Position numbers and translations under genes: made by a program. The notes under the pieces are model-generated. The model did no database searches. It was not told where the DNA came from and was given only the letters and a program-made list of their open reading frames with translations. Below, in pieces: positions 38,095 through 49,251 of a DNA stretch of 64,000 nucleotides; position 1 is the first letter of the stretch, and each line of letters opens with the position of its first letter. Origin of the DNA: Rhodosorus marinus CCMP1338 (taxonomy: Eukaryota; Plantae; Rhodophyta); assembly GCA_029953675.1 (NCBI GenBank), contig JAMWBK010000007.1:1488001-1552000 (forward strand), read 5' to 3'.

Positions 38095-39071
38095 CCTCTA
38101 TAAACCTCAGCAGATACTCAGCACCAAAAAAAACAACGAAAAAAGTCAAAAGAGAAGAGAAAAACCCTTCCCTCACATACAGAAACACCCGCTTTTTTCC
38201 ATAAGAAAAACAACATCCACAAACCTCAACACACACACCAGAGATTCCTCTCCTATATCATTTTTCGCATCTGATCCACTTTCCTGTCCATACCTCCCTA
38301 ACCATCCCCACCAGGCCAAACCAGACCAGACCAACGCCAGACCATACTATATGCCCCAGTCCAATCCTCTTCATCCCCAGAGAAGAGTTACCAATCCATA
38401 TCAGTTGACAAGAAACGCCCCCTACAAGAAAACAGTATAAAAAAAAAAAAACGACCGGTGCGTCCCTTTTCTAAGCTTGACATAAAACTCCTCAGCCTCC
38501 TGGCCTAAAAATAACGAAAAACCACTATGTTTCGAAATCAAGGTCTATACACTAAATATAGAATATTGTACTATATATTTATCTTAAAATTGAATCTAGA
38601 TCTTAATATAGACTAGAAGATCATAAAATATGGAATTATTCTAATCTAGAAAAAATTACAAATTTAGAAAATTATGTACTTGATAATATGAAATAATCTA
38701 ATTATTAGGTTTACTCACTTTAGATTAAGAATTTGTTTCTAGTTTTAGTGAGATTTGTTTTGTCACTCTCTCTCATCTGGAATCTGTTGACTGACGCAGT
38801 ACTCTGGTAAGGAGTTGGTTACTTAACGAAGAAAGGAGCTGTTGGAGGTCGGGAGCAGGTCTGAGAGTAGTGTTGGTTAGATATGTATACTTTTGAAGGG
38901 TTTATGGTATACTGGAAGTTGAGTTAAGTATGGTCGGTCCATGAGGTGTGATGGACCGATTCATGGTGGAGGAGTAGGAGGTCTGTTTCGATGTTTTAGG
39001 GGGAGGATTCTCGTTTCGCTTTTTTAGCTTGCTTTTTTTTGGCAGCGAGGAATGCGACGCAGACTTGGACA

Positions 39072-40718
39072 ATGAAATACTCTGCGGTATGGGCGAAGAC
39101 GCTTTCAGGGCTGCTTACGGTTGTGGCTTGCACGCTCTCATTTCATGAGTCGGGAATGCATCTTAAGCACTTTAGGCGCCCTGAGGTTTGTGATTTTCAC
39201 ACCAGTCGGCTGGGCTTCCTTGGATTGCTGTTTGGCAGAATTTGAGCTAAGGCGTGCCCTGCTCCTCTGATGATCGCTCTCTTGTGACTCGAATGATTGT
39301 TTTGTCATCAGATGCAAGTCAGAATTGTCCGAATACTGGGAATGGTTCCTGTGTACTCGATTACGTCCTGGCTTTCGCTTGTTTCAACTACGAATGAGTT
39401 CAGGCTAACATTGGACTTGATTAGAGATCTTTATGAGGCGTTCGTTATATACAACTTTATTTCTCTCTTGATTCGAATGGGAGGCGGTTGGAGGAGGACA
39501 ATATTTTATCTCGAGGTAATCCCTTAGGCCTTACCAGACTTGCTCCGGAAAAACCGCGGAGAAAAGCTTCTGTGCAGGAGCGTTCGAGCTTTCACTGAAT
39601 GGATTTTTTCTGTACCCAAATGAATTGACCTCAGGATCAACCGAGGGCTCCGCACTTCTTCCCGCTGAAATTGTGCCTTCCCCCGGTGCAGCTCGGTACG
39701 CAGTTGCGGGGCTTCAACTGCATTGTACGCATCTTTGGGAAAAGACCTCGTTCTAAGCAGTTCCGACCGTTTTCGGTTTCCAGGTCAGACCTTTTTGATA
39801 CTGACGAGGGCAGCTGCGCTGCAATTCGTGCTCATCAAGCCCCTTAACGGTCTGCTGCTTTTGATGGCGCACCAGAAAGGAGGCCTGTTCGGAGGGTTCT
39901 TATCAGTCAGCGCTGTAAAAAGAATTGCTGCAATCACTGACAACCTGTCTATTTCGGTAAGGAGCTGGTTGATTAATAGTTTAATCTTGTTCCAAGTTGT
40001 TGCCTTGTTTGATTCATGATCTCCGAAATCATGTACCTAACAACGCACTTGCGTTTTACAGGCGGCCCTGTACAGTCTAGTTATGCTGCATACGGCTCTC
40101 CACAATCTTCTCGAGAAGTACCATCCGCTGCCAAAGTTTTGGGCAGTCAAGATGGTCGTATTTTTCTCCTTCTGGCAGGGAGTCGTACTAAATACGATGG
40201 TTAAGGTTGGCTTTATTACTGACGTCGAGGGCTTTCCCGCGTCTGCTCAGGTATCGCCTGGCCCGTTCATTCACCTGTTCTCTGCATTTTCCATGAAAAC
40301 TGACCCTGCTCGGTGGGGATGTATCTGTAGGTATCGGGTATCCAGGACGTTCTAATTTGCCTGGAGATGGTGGTTGCGGCGGTCTGCCATACGGTCGTCT
40401 TTTCCTGGCGTGAGTGGCAGGATGTGGATGATTTATATGATGAAGCCGAAAAGAAACCGTTGATTGCGTAAGTACTGATTCATTCACCGCAGTGCTGAGC
40501 CATGGTTTGTTGGGTGATTCATCCGTTCAGTGTCTGATCGAAATGTTTGTTGTCTTTCCGATAACCCTACAACGAGCAGCAAGATCCTGAAGGTTGTTGA
40601 CTTTCGTGATTTCCTAACCGACTGGAGAGACACCGTCTCCGGTGATGGCTACGAGTACGAGATGCGACAAAATGAGCCGAGGAACATGTATAGTAACAAG
40701 TCGTACACTAATATCTGA
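39072..40718 (+). CDS. TMEM184: TMEM184/OST-alpha (DUF300) transporter, multi-exon
   Basis: IVRILGMVPVYSITSWLSL, IRDLYEAFVIYNF, LQFVLIKP, KFWAVKMVVFFSFWQG, IQDVLICLEM. Start uncertain (an upstream exon near 38941 is possible). Confidence 0.9.
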
Positions 40719-41340
40719 CGTGCTTAACAGAAACAAGTCAATGAACTATTTACGTGGAATGGTCCGTGCCCAGACCCTCCAGAAGAGGACCTACTTGGTT
40801 TTCACGTTCGTAGGCAAGGTCAGGTTGGTCCGGCCTATAGCTTCATTACTCCGAGCATCACCCTGGTTAGTGGGACCAGTGCTTCCGGGTTCGGGTTTGC
40901 GTTGTCGGATCTGCTACTTCTGGGTCGTCGCATGAGGAGCACGAGGGCCACCGCCAATAGCTCTACCTACACTCCACCAAGACTGGACTGTTCCTGAACT
41001 AGGCAACATGCTTGGGATTTCGCATCCGTGGCGCAGGTGTCTCGATCGACGCCGAGAAGGTCGCGCCGTCGAATCGATTGAACATCCAACTTTCAAATGC
41101 GATCACGGGGATTTGTTCTTGTTTCTTGCTCGGTGATCAGTTAGCCGCTCAGAGTTGGCCTGTCTGTGATGCAGAAACAGCTTTGAAGCAAACCACACCC
41201 GCGACGTTTCGGCGATTATCCGTATCGGGTGTGGAGCCCCAGGGAAGATTGCAGAGTGAATGCCCTGAGCGTGTCTTAGTTGAAATCCAAGTTTTCGGAA
41301 GCACCTCGGATAAAATCAATCGCATCCAGGGCTTCTGACA

Positions 41341-41652
41341 TATCGACGCCTAAAACAGTTCCACAGGCCCCGCGCTCACAATCTCCCCAGTCCAGGCGGC
41401 TCATTAGCTTCACGACCTGACCACTGGAGTCATAAAAATCTCATCATGATGCTCACGGCACATCAATGCCTACCAGCTCCACGAGGACCACGTCACACTC
41501 TCCACGTCCCGGGGGGGCTCAATGGCCTTAACGTCTGCCAGGTAAAAGTCGAAGATCTCTTCCTGCGGCTTTTTTTTCAGATCAATGCCTACCAGTTCCA
41601 CGAGGCCAACGAACACAATGTCCCTCGTGTCCCTGTCCTGGGGGCTCAACGG
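41341..41652. repeat. Three degenerate ~65-72-bp GC-rich units spaced about 120 bp apart
   Basis: Shared core atc(a/g)a(t/c)gccta..cag(t/c)tccac..gg...caca.t.tcc...gtcc.gg.ggctca at about 41341, 41461 and 41580. Confidence 0.8.
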
Positions 41653-41829
41653 TTTCACCTCTGTGTCAGGTTAACTCAAATGAAATCTCAAGGTGTCATG
41701 GTCAATCGACAAGCAGCGTGCTTGAGGAGTAAAGGAGGTGGGTGGGGAAACTGAGCTCGTGGAGGAGAAATTGAACTGGGAGACTGTGGACAGAACTGAA
41801 TTCCCGTCCTTAAGCTTCTCGTATTGGTG

Positions 41830-42837
41830 ATGGTAGGTTTTGTTGGTTTGATTCCAGTTGGATTGGAACGTCCCATGAGAGTGAGGAGGAGATGTGAGAC
41901 TGAGGATGCATTGAGAGTGAGGTAAGGTCGATGAACTTTTTCGATTATTGGCCTCTAGGCTGATGACGCTTGTTTGTTGTTGGTCAGGTATTCGACGTTT
42001 GCGGAGCTAGCGGAGGCGATTCAGAGTATTCGTGATGATCCGCTGGCTTCGGATGGGGGGAAAATTGTACATTACAGGGGCAACCCTAGGGCGAAGCTTA
42101 TGGTGATGGATCGATCAGGAAGATGACGGAGACGAGGCTCGAGCCAAGAGCTGGGTTTTAAATGCCAATATCCTCTATTCTTTTATCTTTGTCTAGGTTG
42201 TCGGTGAGGGCCCTGGAGAGCAGGAAGACATTGAGGGAAAGCCGTTTGTGGGGAGGTCGGGAAAACTGCTTGACAGAATTCTTCGCTCCGTTGAGCTTGA
42301 CCCTGAGGAGGACGTCTACGTGACGAATACGGTGAAGCGGCGGCCGAAGGACAACCGAGACCCAACGGTTTGTTGTAGCCAGATAGAGGTCTCCATGTCC
42401 AAAGCAAACCATATCTGAAACTTCGTTCTTCACGATATTCACAGAGGGATGAAATCGAATGGTACCTTCCTTACCTCAGCGAGGAGGTACGTCTAGTCGA
42501 CCCCCACGTCATCGTATGCTCCGGAAAAGTTGCAATGACAACTGTCCTACCGGAAGTTGACAGTCGAATCTCAAGGGTGTGTTCAAGCTCAGCGATTCAA
42601 CCCCAAGTTCGCTTACGTTCTCGGTTCAGTAAGCTTATCACTCTTCGCTTATTCGATCGCCGGTAGGTTCGTGGACAGTGGTTTAATCGATGGGATAGAC
42701 TGGTTATGCCAGTCTTCCATCCATCTTACTTGCTGCGGAATCCGAGGTGGGAGGATGGTTCACCAAAGGCTTGGACGTGGAAAGACTTTTGCAAGATCAA
42801 AAGGAAACTGAACGAACTCGAAGGCAGCTCTGAGTGA
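41830..42837 (+). CDS. Family-4 uracil-DNA glycosylase, cyanobacterial-like, plastid-targeted, 5 exons
   Basis: Not in the ORF track. MVGFVGL transit peptide, then RGNPRAKLM|VVGEGPGEQEDIEGKPFVGRSGKLLDRIL..DVYVTNTVKRRPKDNRDPT|RDEIEWYLPYLSEEVRLVDP..|VRGQWF..MPVFHPSYLLRNP..GSPK. Confidence 0.9.
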
Positions 42838-43482
42838 CCCCCTGGGAGCTCACTCAGCGACCCGTGGGAACGGCCTTTGGATTCTGCTGCTTAGGATACA
42901 GAAAATTCGTTTTTGTGTTTATTTCTTATTGCGTTCATTCTTATTATTAAATCATGCTGCGAGCGAATGAACCACGTTCGCAACCAAAGTTTCAGTCTCT
43001 ATCATAATATGAACTAGAATAAGACGGACTTATGGTTTCCAACCGGGACTAGTGGGAGGGTCTCAAACTCCCAAATCTTTGGTTCCTCTGCTATATTCAC
43101 TAGTATGTACAGAGACCCTCTAGCCCGCAATCTTCTCCACTAAGAGCCGTAACCTTCTCGTGTGTCTCTTATCTCCACACTTGACTGCGGAACAAGGAAC
43201 TCACCAGACATAAACACAGACAAGGTCAAAAAAAAAAAAAAACAGCAAAGCAAATTGGCACATGGACATTCACACACAGACATAGTGTGGACAACAGAAA
43301 CACATCACATAAACACAACAACCCAGGAAGATAACTACAGGAATTCACAATGCCTCAACGGTTCTTCCACTCTCAGTTACTATTCACAAAGGCAAAGGCC
43401 CAACGCCCCAACTCAACCGAGTTCGCAACTACTGCTGGCAACCCCCGGGCAAACAGAGCAGGTCAGCTTGCTGCTAGGCAGC

Positions 43483-43797
43483 CTAGACAGCGTGCTGAGA
43501 AGTCTCTGCGGTGACCAAGTCCAGCAACGTTGCAGCCCTCAGAAGCACCTCAAACCTCTGCTTCATGAGTTTCCTCGCCAGTTCTTCAGACAGACCGTTG
43601 ACCGGTTTTCGGTTTGCCTTCTTGTCAATCTTCTTCGTTACCCGAATAGTCTCCGCTGGTGGGGGATACCCCAACAGCTTACCCTTCTTCCATCTCACTC
43701 CGCACGCATTACAAAGAGTCTTCGGCCCATGAGGCCCAGCCCTCCACAGCGGCGTCTCCGTTCTCGCACACACCGTACACTTCCTACCCGTCGACAT
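43483..43797 (-). CDS. Small GATA zinc-finger transcription factor
   Basis: CTVC-x18-CNAC with [26 protein letters not shown]. Confidence 0.92.
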   Translation of the reverse strand: MSTGRKCTVCARTETPLWRAGPHGPKTLCNACGVRWKKGKLLGYPPPAETIRVTKKIDKKANRKPVNGLSEELARKLMKQRFEVLLRAATLLDLVTAETSQHAV

Positions 43798-46700
43798 TTA
43801 CGCTATACTCTAGTTTACCAACAACAACATCACAGTCCCTCTTCCTCTCCCCGCCCCCTCTACCCCCACCAAACTTCCTCAAGACTTACAACAACCCTCC
43901 TCTCCCACTAAAACCCCTTCCTCCCTCCTTCCCACCCTCCTCTCAACCTTACCACTCTCAACACGTCCTTTTTAACATTCCACTGTGAAACACTGAAATG
44001 TTCCCTTAAACCCACCCCACCCCCCCCCTAGGAAAACCTACACCCAATCACAAACCCAGTCTCTCTTCCACACCCCACCCCCCCCCCTTCTTCCTTTTTA
44101 CTTCCTTCCTGCTTTTTCAAAAACCAAATTGTATCCCCCCGTTACCAACCTCGTCGATTGAAAAATGAAGCGTCCTCTAGAACATCCATTTACCCCTTAT
44201 ACAAAATTACAAAACATAACTATTTAAAAACAATTAAATATGGAACGCTTTTAAGAAAGTTTGTTTGATTTTATATGGGGGGTATGAAATTAAATTAGAG
44301 ATTGACCGACGGTTTGTAATCCGAAATGAGACAATAGGCACTAGGGGTAGGACTGAGCGGAAGACTGCCGCCCCGTCCTTTACTGTAAGGACTCTCCTAG
44401 AATCTTCTTTCTTCTTTCATAAATCTTTGTTTTTTCTTCTTTTTTTCCTTTTTTCACGTTTGGAGGTAAAACCTTTCATGTTTCTTAGAAGAAATAATAA
44501 AGGGATATAGACTTGTTGGCCCTTTTAATATGTGTACAGGCGACGATTTTTGTTTTGCATAATTTTACCAGACTTGAAAGGGGGGGGAGGAGGGGGTGTG
44601 AGTGGGGGCTAGTTCAGCTTGACATTGTCCGGGCAATTATTCTTTATTACTATATTTATGGGCATTTATGGTCTGCTTTAAGACGATGTAGATGAGGGGT
44701 AGATACTGTCAGCTTTTTAACCCTTCCTGCTATTTTTTCCGCCTTGTCATTTTCAGCGAAAAAATAGATCTTCGCCGGGGGAATTTCACCAATCATATTC
44801 TTGTAAATGAATATCAGGGAGATTTTTCCCATGATATTCTAAAATATTTTCCAGGTTTTCAGGGGAGAGCCAGGTTCTTGCCGGCATATTGATAGGATGT
44901 ATCGAGTGGACCTTTTAGAAACTTCGAATTAATTTGATTTAAGTGATTGAGGTGTCAGTACGTCGTAACTGATGACAACTTTTTTTCCACGGAGAAATTG
45001 CCTGGGAACTCGAAGATATTCATGGAGGTTCATAAAAAATAGTTTAATATTATATATTTTAAGCCAATAAAGTCTCTGATTGAAGTGATGTCAGAAGCTT
45101 AACCAATGGATGAAGAGTATCAATCTCATCAGACCACTTATCGTCGGAAGATCGGGCGCGATCTCTTTCGAGAACGTTTTTGTACCCTCACTCGATACTT
45201 CTTTGCGCCAATGGAGAACGAAACCTTACCCACGATCACCTGCTCTTTAAGTCAATTGGATAATCGCAACAACGGAACGACTCAAAATCTCAAAACCATC
45301 AAGAAAGCAATAATAAAACCAGAAAAAAATGATGTGCTGCCGTATCCTCATGTTCCCTTATTGCCCACCGGCACCCCTCCCTTTGTAGCTACGCATCAGC
45401 ACCCTATGAACACGCAAATTTCCAAACAAAAAATTCGTAGCAGGCAGAAAATTGTATATCTCACCGAACCCCTCAAAAAAGAATAACAAAACAATAATTA
45501 TCCAAAGAAAATTTGGGGCCAAGTTCTCCGATCTATTTACTCCGCACACATCGATCTTGCGGAGTAGATACGACTGGGATTACTCCGCAAACCATCGAAA
45601 TAAGAACGAAAAATACCTGTTTTGCTACTCGTATGTTTACTTTAGATCGCTTTGGCTAATCTTGGCCAGAAGCGATGCCGAGGCACAACCATTCAGGAGT
45701 TCAAACGTTGCCTTGGTTGAGAGGGGGGGGGGTGGGCCGATGAGAAGATGGGAGGGCGATGGGCTGATATTTTGTTTTCTAAAAATTGAAAGAGAGTAAA
45801 CGGAATTCGGGTTGGTTGGGTAGGAGGGGGAAGGTTATGTTGAAACTTTCTCCATTGGAGTTTTTAGATACGGCTCTGGCCTGGTTAATCAGTACGTACG
45901 TGTTCGGAGGTGATATTGATCGAGGTGCGAAAGGGTTTGTAGTTTGGAAAATGCGTAGAGTGTGCAGCGGCTGTGTGTATCGAGCGGCTCCCTAATATGT
46001 GGGAATGGCTTAGTGGGCAGTGGCTCATGGAATCTGTAGCGGAAGAATGAAGCATTAAAGGGGATATTTAGATTCATGTATTGCCAGAGGGAGGCTTAGA
46101 GGACAGCTTAGAAATCCTAAGACTGTAGTGGATGGTGGGTTAGATTTTAGATTTAGTGCAGATGGAATGCAAGTAAGCTCACGGGCATGGCTATGGCTTC
46201 TCCGTCCTAGGACATACCCAACCGGCGGTTTTGTTAGTTTTGCCATGGAGCGCACGGGACTGAATTGGCTGAAATGAAACTCCTCAGGTTAGATTTACGT
46301 TCCATGGCACGTAGGTGACGAGCAAGGTCATTGTACGAGAACCGTGTCACACAGGGTCCCGACTTGGATGGCAAGTGTATCAAGCTTTCGCAACCAATTT
46401 TGTTCCACCATTTTCTGATATTGAGATTGGCTTGGTTGGCTGGGGTGTATGCGGTCCGGATTGAAACTCGACGATATATCTCAGTCTGTTTTCAGTGACT
46501 TGGCTTGGCGGGTGCGAAAGTCGCGCAACGTACATGAATCCACAGCTTCAAACAGTAGGCGCAGTGTTCGGGCTCTTGTTGACTGGGACATCACCGGACA
46601 TCGGCAACAGGTGCTAAGCTGCGGTCGCGTTGTGGAATCCAGAAAATTATAGATCACCGTGATCGCCCAGGCTGAAAGGGTGAAGCTGTGTGGTGCTCGA

Positions 46701-47717
46701 CCATTGTCCCGAGGCCCGAACAAGTTACTCTCGCATTGCCAATGGAGAGAGCCTCAATGACTTCCGTTTTGGACCACTGCTTTGTGAAGTCCCAATTAGA
46801 ACGTCGCCGCGGACGTTCTCAGTATTCATTGTTTCTCTGGAGTGCTCCCCATATAACTCGACCAGCCAAACCGCGCGCCAACAGACTCCCAATAGGCAGT
46901 TTCTACGGGTCAGGCTGACCCTCGTGCGATCAGGTGACGCAATGACGAGAACAACAGAGACTAGAGGCCCCTCAATGCTTGCTGGAGTGTTTAGCAAACC
47001 GAGCCACACTCAAAGTGGCAGCACTGACAGTCAAGCATCTAGCACCCTTGCCGATTATGAGCCCTATGACTGCCTGTCTCTATTGGAGCATCCGCGTTGT
47101 ACAGCTCCAAAATCGCTGGCCCAATCGACGTCGTGGCAGTTCCTCAGCTCGAAACGGTGTTGAGGAAATTGGACCCTGAGGGTTGAACCAGAGGCTGAAT
47201 ACAGCCGTATTCAAGACAGGTATATTCCAGCATTTCACCCGCAATCCCTTGTTCCAATGGCAGATTTCACAAAGCACGTGCCAGCCGCGAAGCCCCTACA
47301 GCGCCACCCACTGGTAGAGTCGCAAGGTGCAAGGTGCGCTTCCTGCCATAAAGGAAGCCTCCTATCAACCATCCAGGGATCCATACGACTCGACTGAATC
47401 CTCCTTTGGTCTTCACAAGTTTCATGCATCAGTTCATCTTCGATTTCATGGCGGACATCATTCGTCTTGCTCATCTGTTGAGATCTCGTCTGACTCGAAG
47501 GCTGTACTGAGCTCTGCCAGGTACGCAGCTGCTTGCGGTTCTGAACTCCCGCTGCTCCTTGGGTCCCGCGAGCCAGGGATGACAGTTTCTAAACTCCATT
47601 AGTTATGAAGCTACTTCTTCATTGGCAGACCTATCGTTATCCACACGTGTAGTGAATCCTACTGTGATTAGACTTTGTCAGCTCTCGGATTTTCACATCG
47701 ATTCAACTATCTAGTTA

Positions 47718-48281
47718 TCAATGACGAGTCGATAAGCTCCTTCTCACGTCTTCACAAGCCCTACTTTGCAGCGCCTCTCCAGAAAGGCACCATCCGCGTT
47801 GTACCTTTTCCAATGATTGTCCCATTCGATGTCCCACACCGCCGTGGCGGTGTTGAAATGGGTTTGAGGAGTTGGAACGGGTGGATTTGTTCGCTAGTTG
47901 AAGGGAAGGAAGATCGCTGGTCTCTCTGGAAGACATGATCAATGAAAATCTCGTTATGAGGTATCTTGCTCTCCTTTGAAGGAAAATCTTTTCTAGTTCG
48001 TCTGGATCTGAAGGAAGATGACTGGGAATGAGCTCGTGAAGGGTAAGCCGAAATCGATTGAGATCAGGGAGGAGAAGGAGAGGATCATCGCGAGGAATAC
48101 AGCTTTTCTTGAAAAAGAAAGCGGCCGAGCTTTTGATAAAGCGTTGAATGTGAGGTTTTCCCACTGATACGAAACGAGGAACCGGACCAGGCGCGGAGGA
48201 AGCGGCTAACTTCTTTCGATTGTGTCGTTTTCGATCTACCGCAGCGTCGACGGCCGCGCTTGGGACCATTCGATTCAGCAT
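47718..48281 (-). CDS. Hypothetical protein (may splice at EK|gtacaa to an exon ending at 47235)
   Basis: 187-codon ORF starting with a true ATG, divergent from the 48414 gene. No motif recognised. Confidence 0.45.
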   Translation of the reverse strand: MLNRMVPSAAVDAAVDRKRHNRKKLAASSAPGPVPRFVSVGKPHIQRFIKSSAAFFFKKSCIPRDDPLLLLPDLNRFRLTLHELIPSHLPSDPDELEKIFLQRRARYLITRFSLIMSSRETSDLPSLQLANKSTRSNSSNPFQHRHGGVGHRMGQSLEKVQRGWCLSGEALQSRACEDVRRSLSTRH

Positions 48282-48413
48282 TTGAACACCCTAAGGCAAA
48301 CGGTAAAAATTTTCTTTTGCTCTTGGGTGCATGCGGTTTTCTTTACTTTTGGACGTACAGGGCTAGGACGGTGCAGTAGCCTCGAGCGCTTTTGGGAGCC
48401 AGTCTGTTGAACC

Positions 48414-49251
48414 ATGCGTTTCACCAGCTTCTTCTTGAAAGAGGAGGCGATTAGAGAGGAGGCCAGCAAAGAATCCATGGAAGAGGCCAAGGCGGAGAAC
48501 CATATTGCGGAGGTTAGCGAGGGTAAGCTCGTCGAAACCCTCGACGAGCAGTTGAAAGAGCTCGTGGCACTCAAGAAGTATAGACGGGAATCCGCTGCAG
48601 TCGACTGGTACCCAAGGGATCTGGAGAACGTCTACCTTGCTGCTAGATCGTCCAGCTCCCTAACCGAAGCCCGTGAAAAAATCCGAAAGATTAGGCTTAG
48701 AAAAGAGCTAGAGGCCGTCCTCGATTGGGAGAGTGATGGAGGCATGATCCGAGCACTCGGGCAGTACGATCCGTCTCGTATTGTACGCTCTCTCTCTCCG
48801 ACTTCCCACTTGTTTCTCAAAAACGCATTCAGATCAAAGGCCAAAATAGCTGACGCTCATTACTTTCATGCTCCAGCCGCCGCCGCCGAAACTTCCGTTC
48901 TTTCGTAGGCTACAATGGATCGCTGACCGTCGCACTTACTTTCGAGCGGCGGGATTCTTCTTCGGCGTTTCCTTCTGCATTTTTGGGTACATTGCGGCCG
49001 CTTCAAGCGTGACCAGAAAGGCCTCCAAACCACTTCTGACTGTTTTCCACAATCTGGTTTCTCTGCTCAACAGTTTTCGAGAAGTTTCGCGAAGTCGTCA
49101 AGTCCGGGACAACTGCAAGCGGGAGATTACGATCCTTGAAGAAGAGACGGAGGAGTTGAACGAAAAGCTCCAAAGCGCGAATGAGAGGCTAATCGACGGC
49201 ATTCCAGCTCTCTTGGCTGATCTGAAAGAAGGTTTGCTGCGCAGAGTCTAA
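48414..49251 (+). CDS. Hypothetical coiled-coil protein with a central TM segment, 2 exons
   Basis: Phase-0 intron ATT|gtacgc...gctgac...ccag|CCG joins two ORFs. TM AAGFFFGVSFCIFGYIAAAS is followed by a heptad-rich tail. Confidence 0.6.

Noticed and set aside
41536-41550. TTTTACCTGGCAG (minus strand) resembling the U1 snRNA 5' end
   Set aside because: It is just the reverse complement of a 5' splice-site-like sequence. No Sm site or U1 stem-loops follow.
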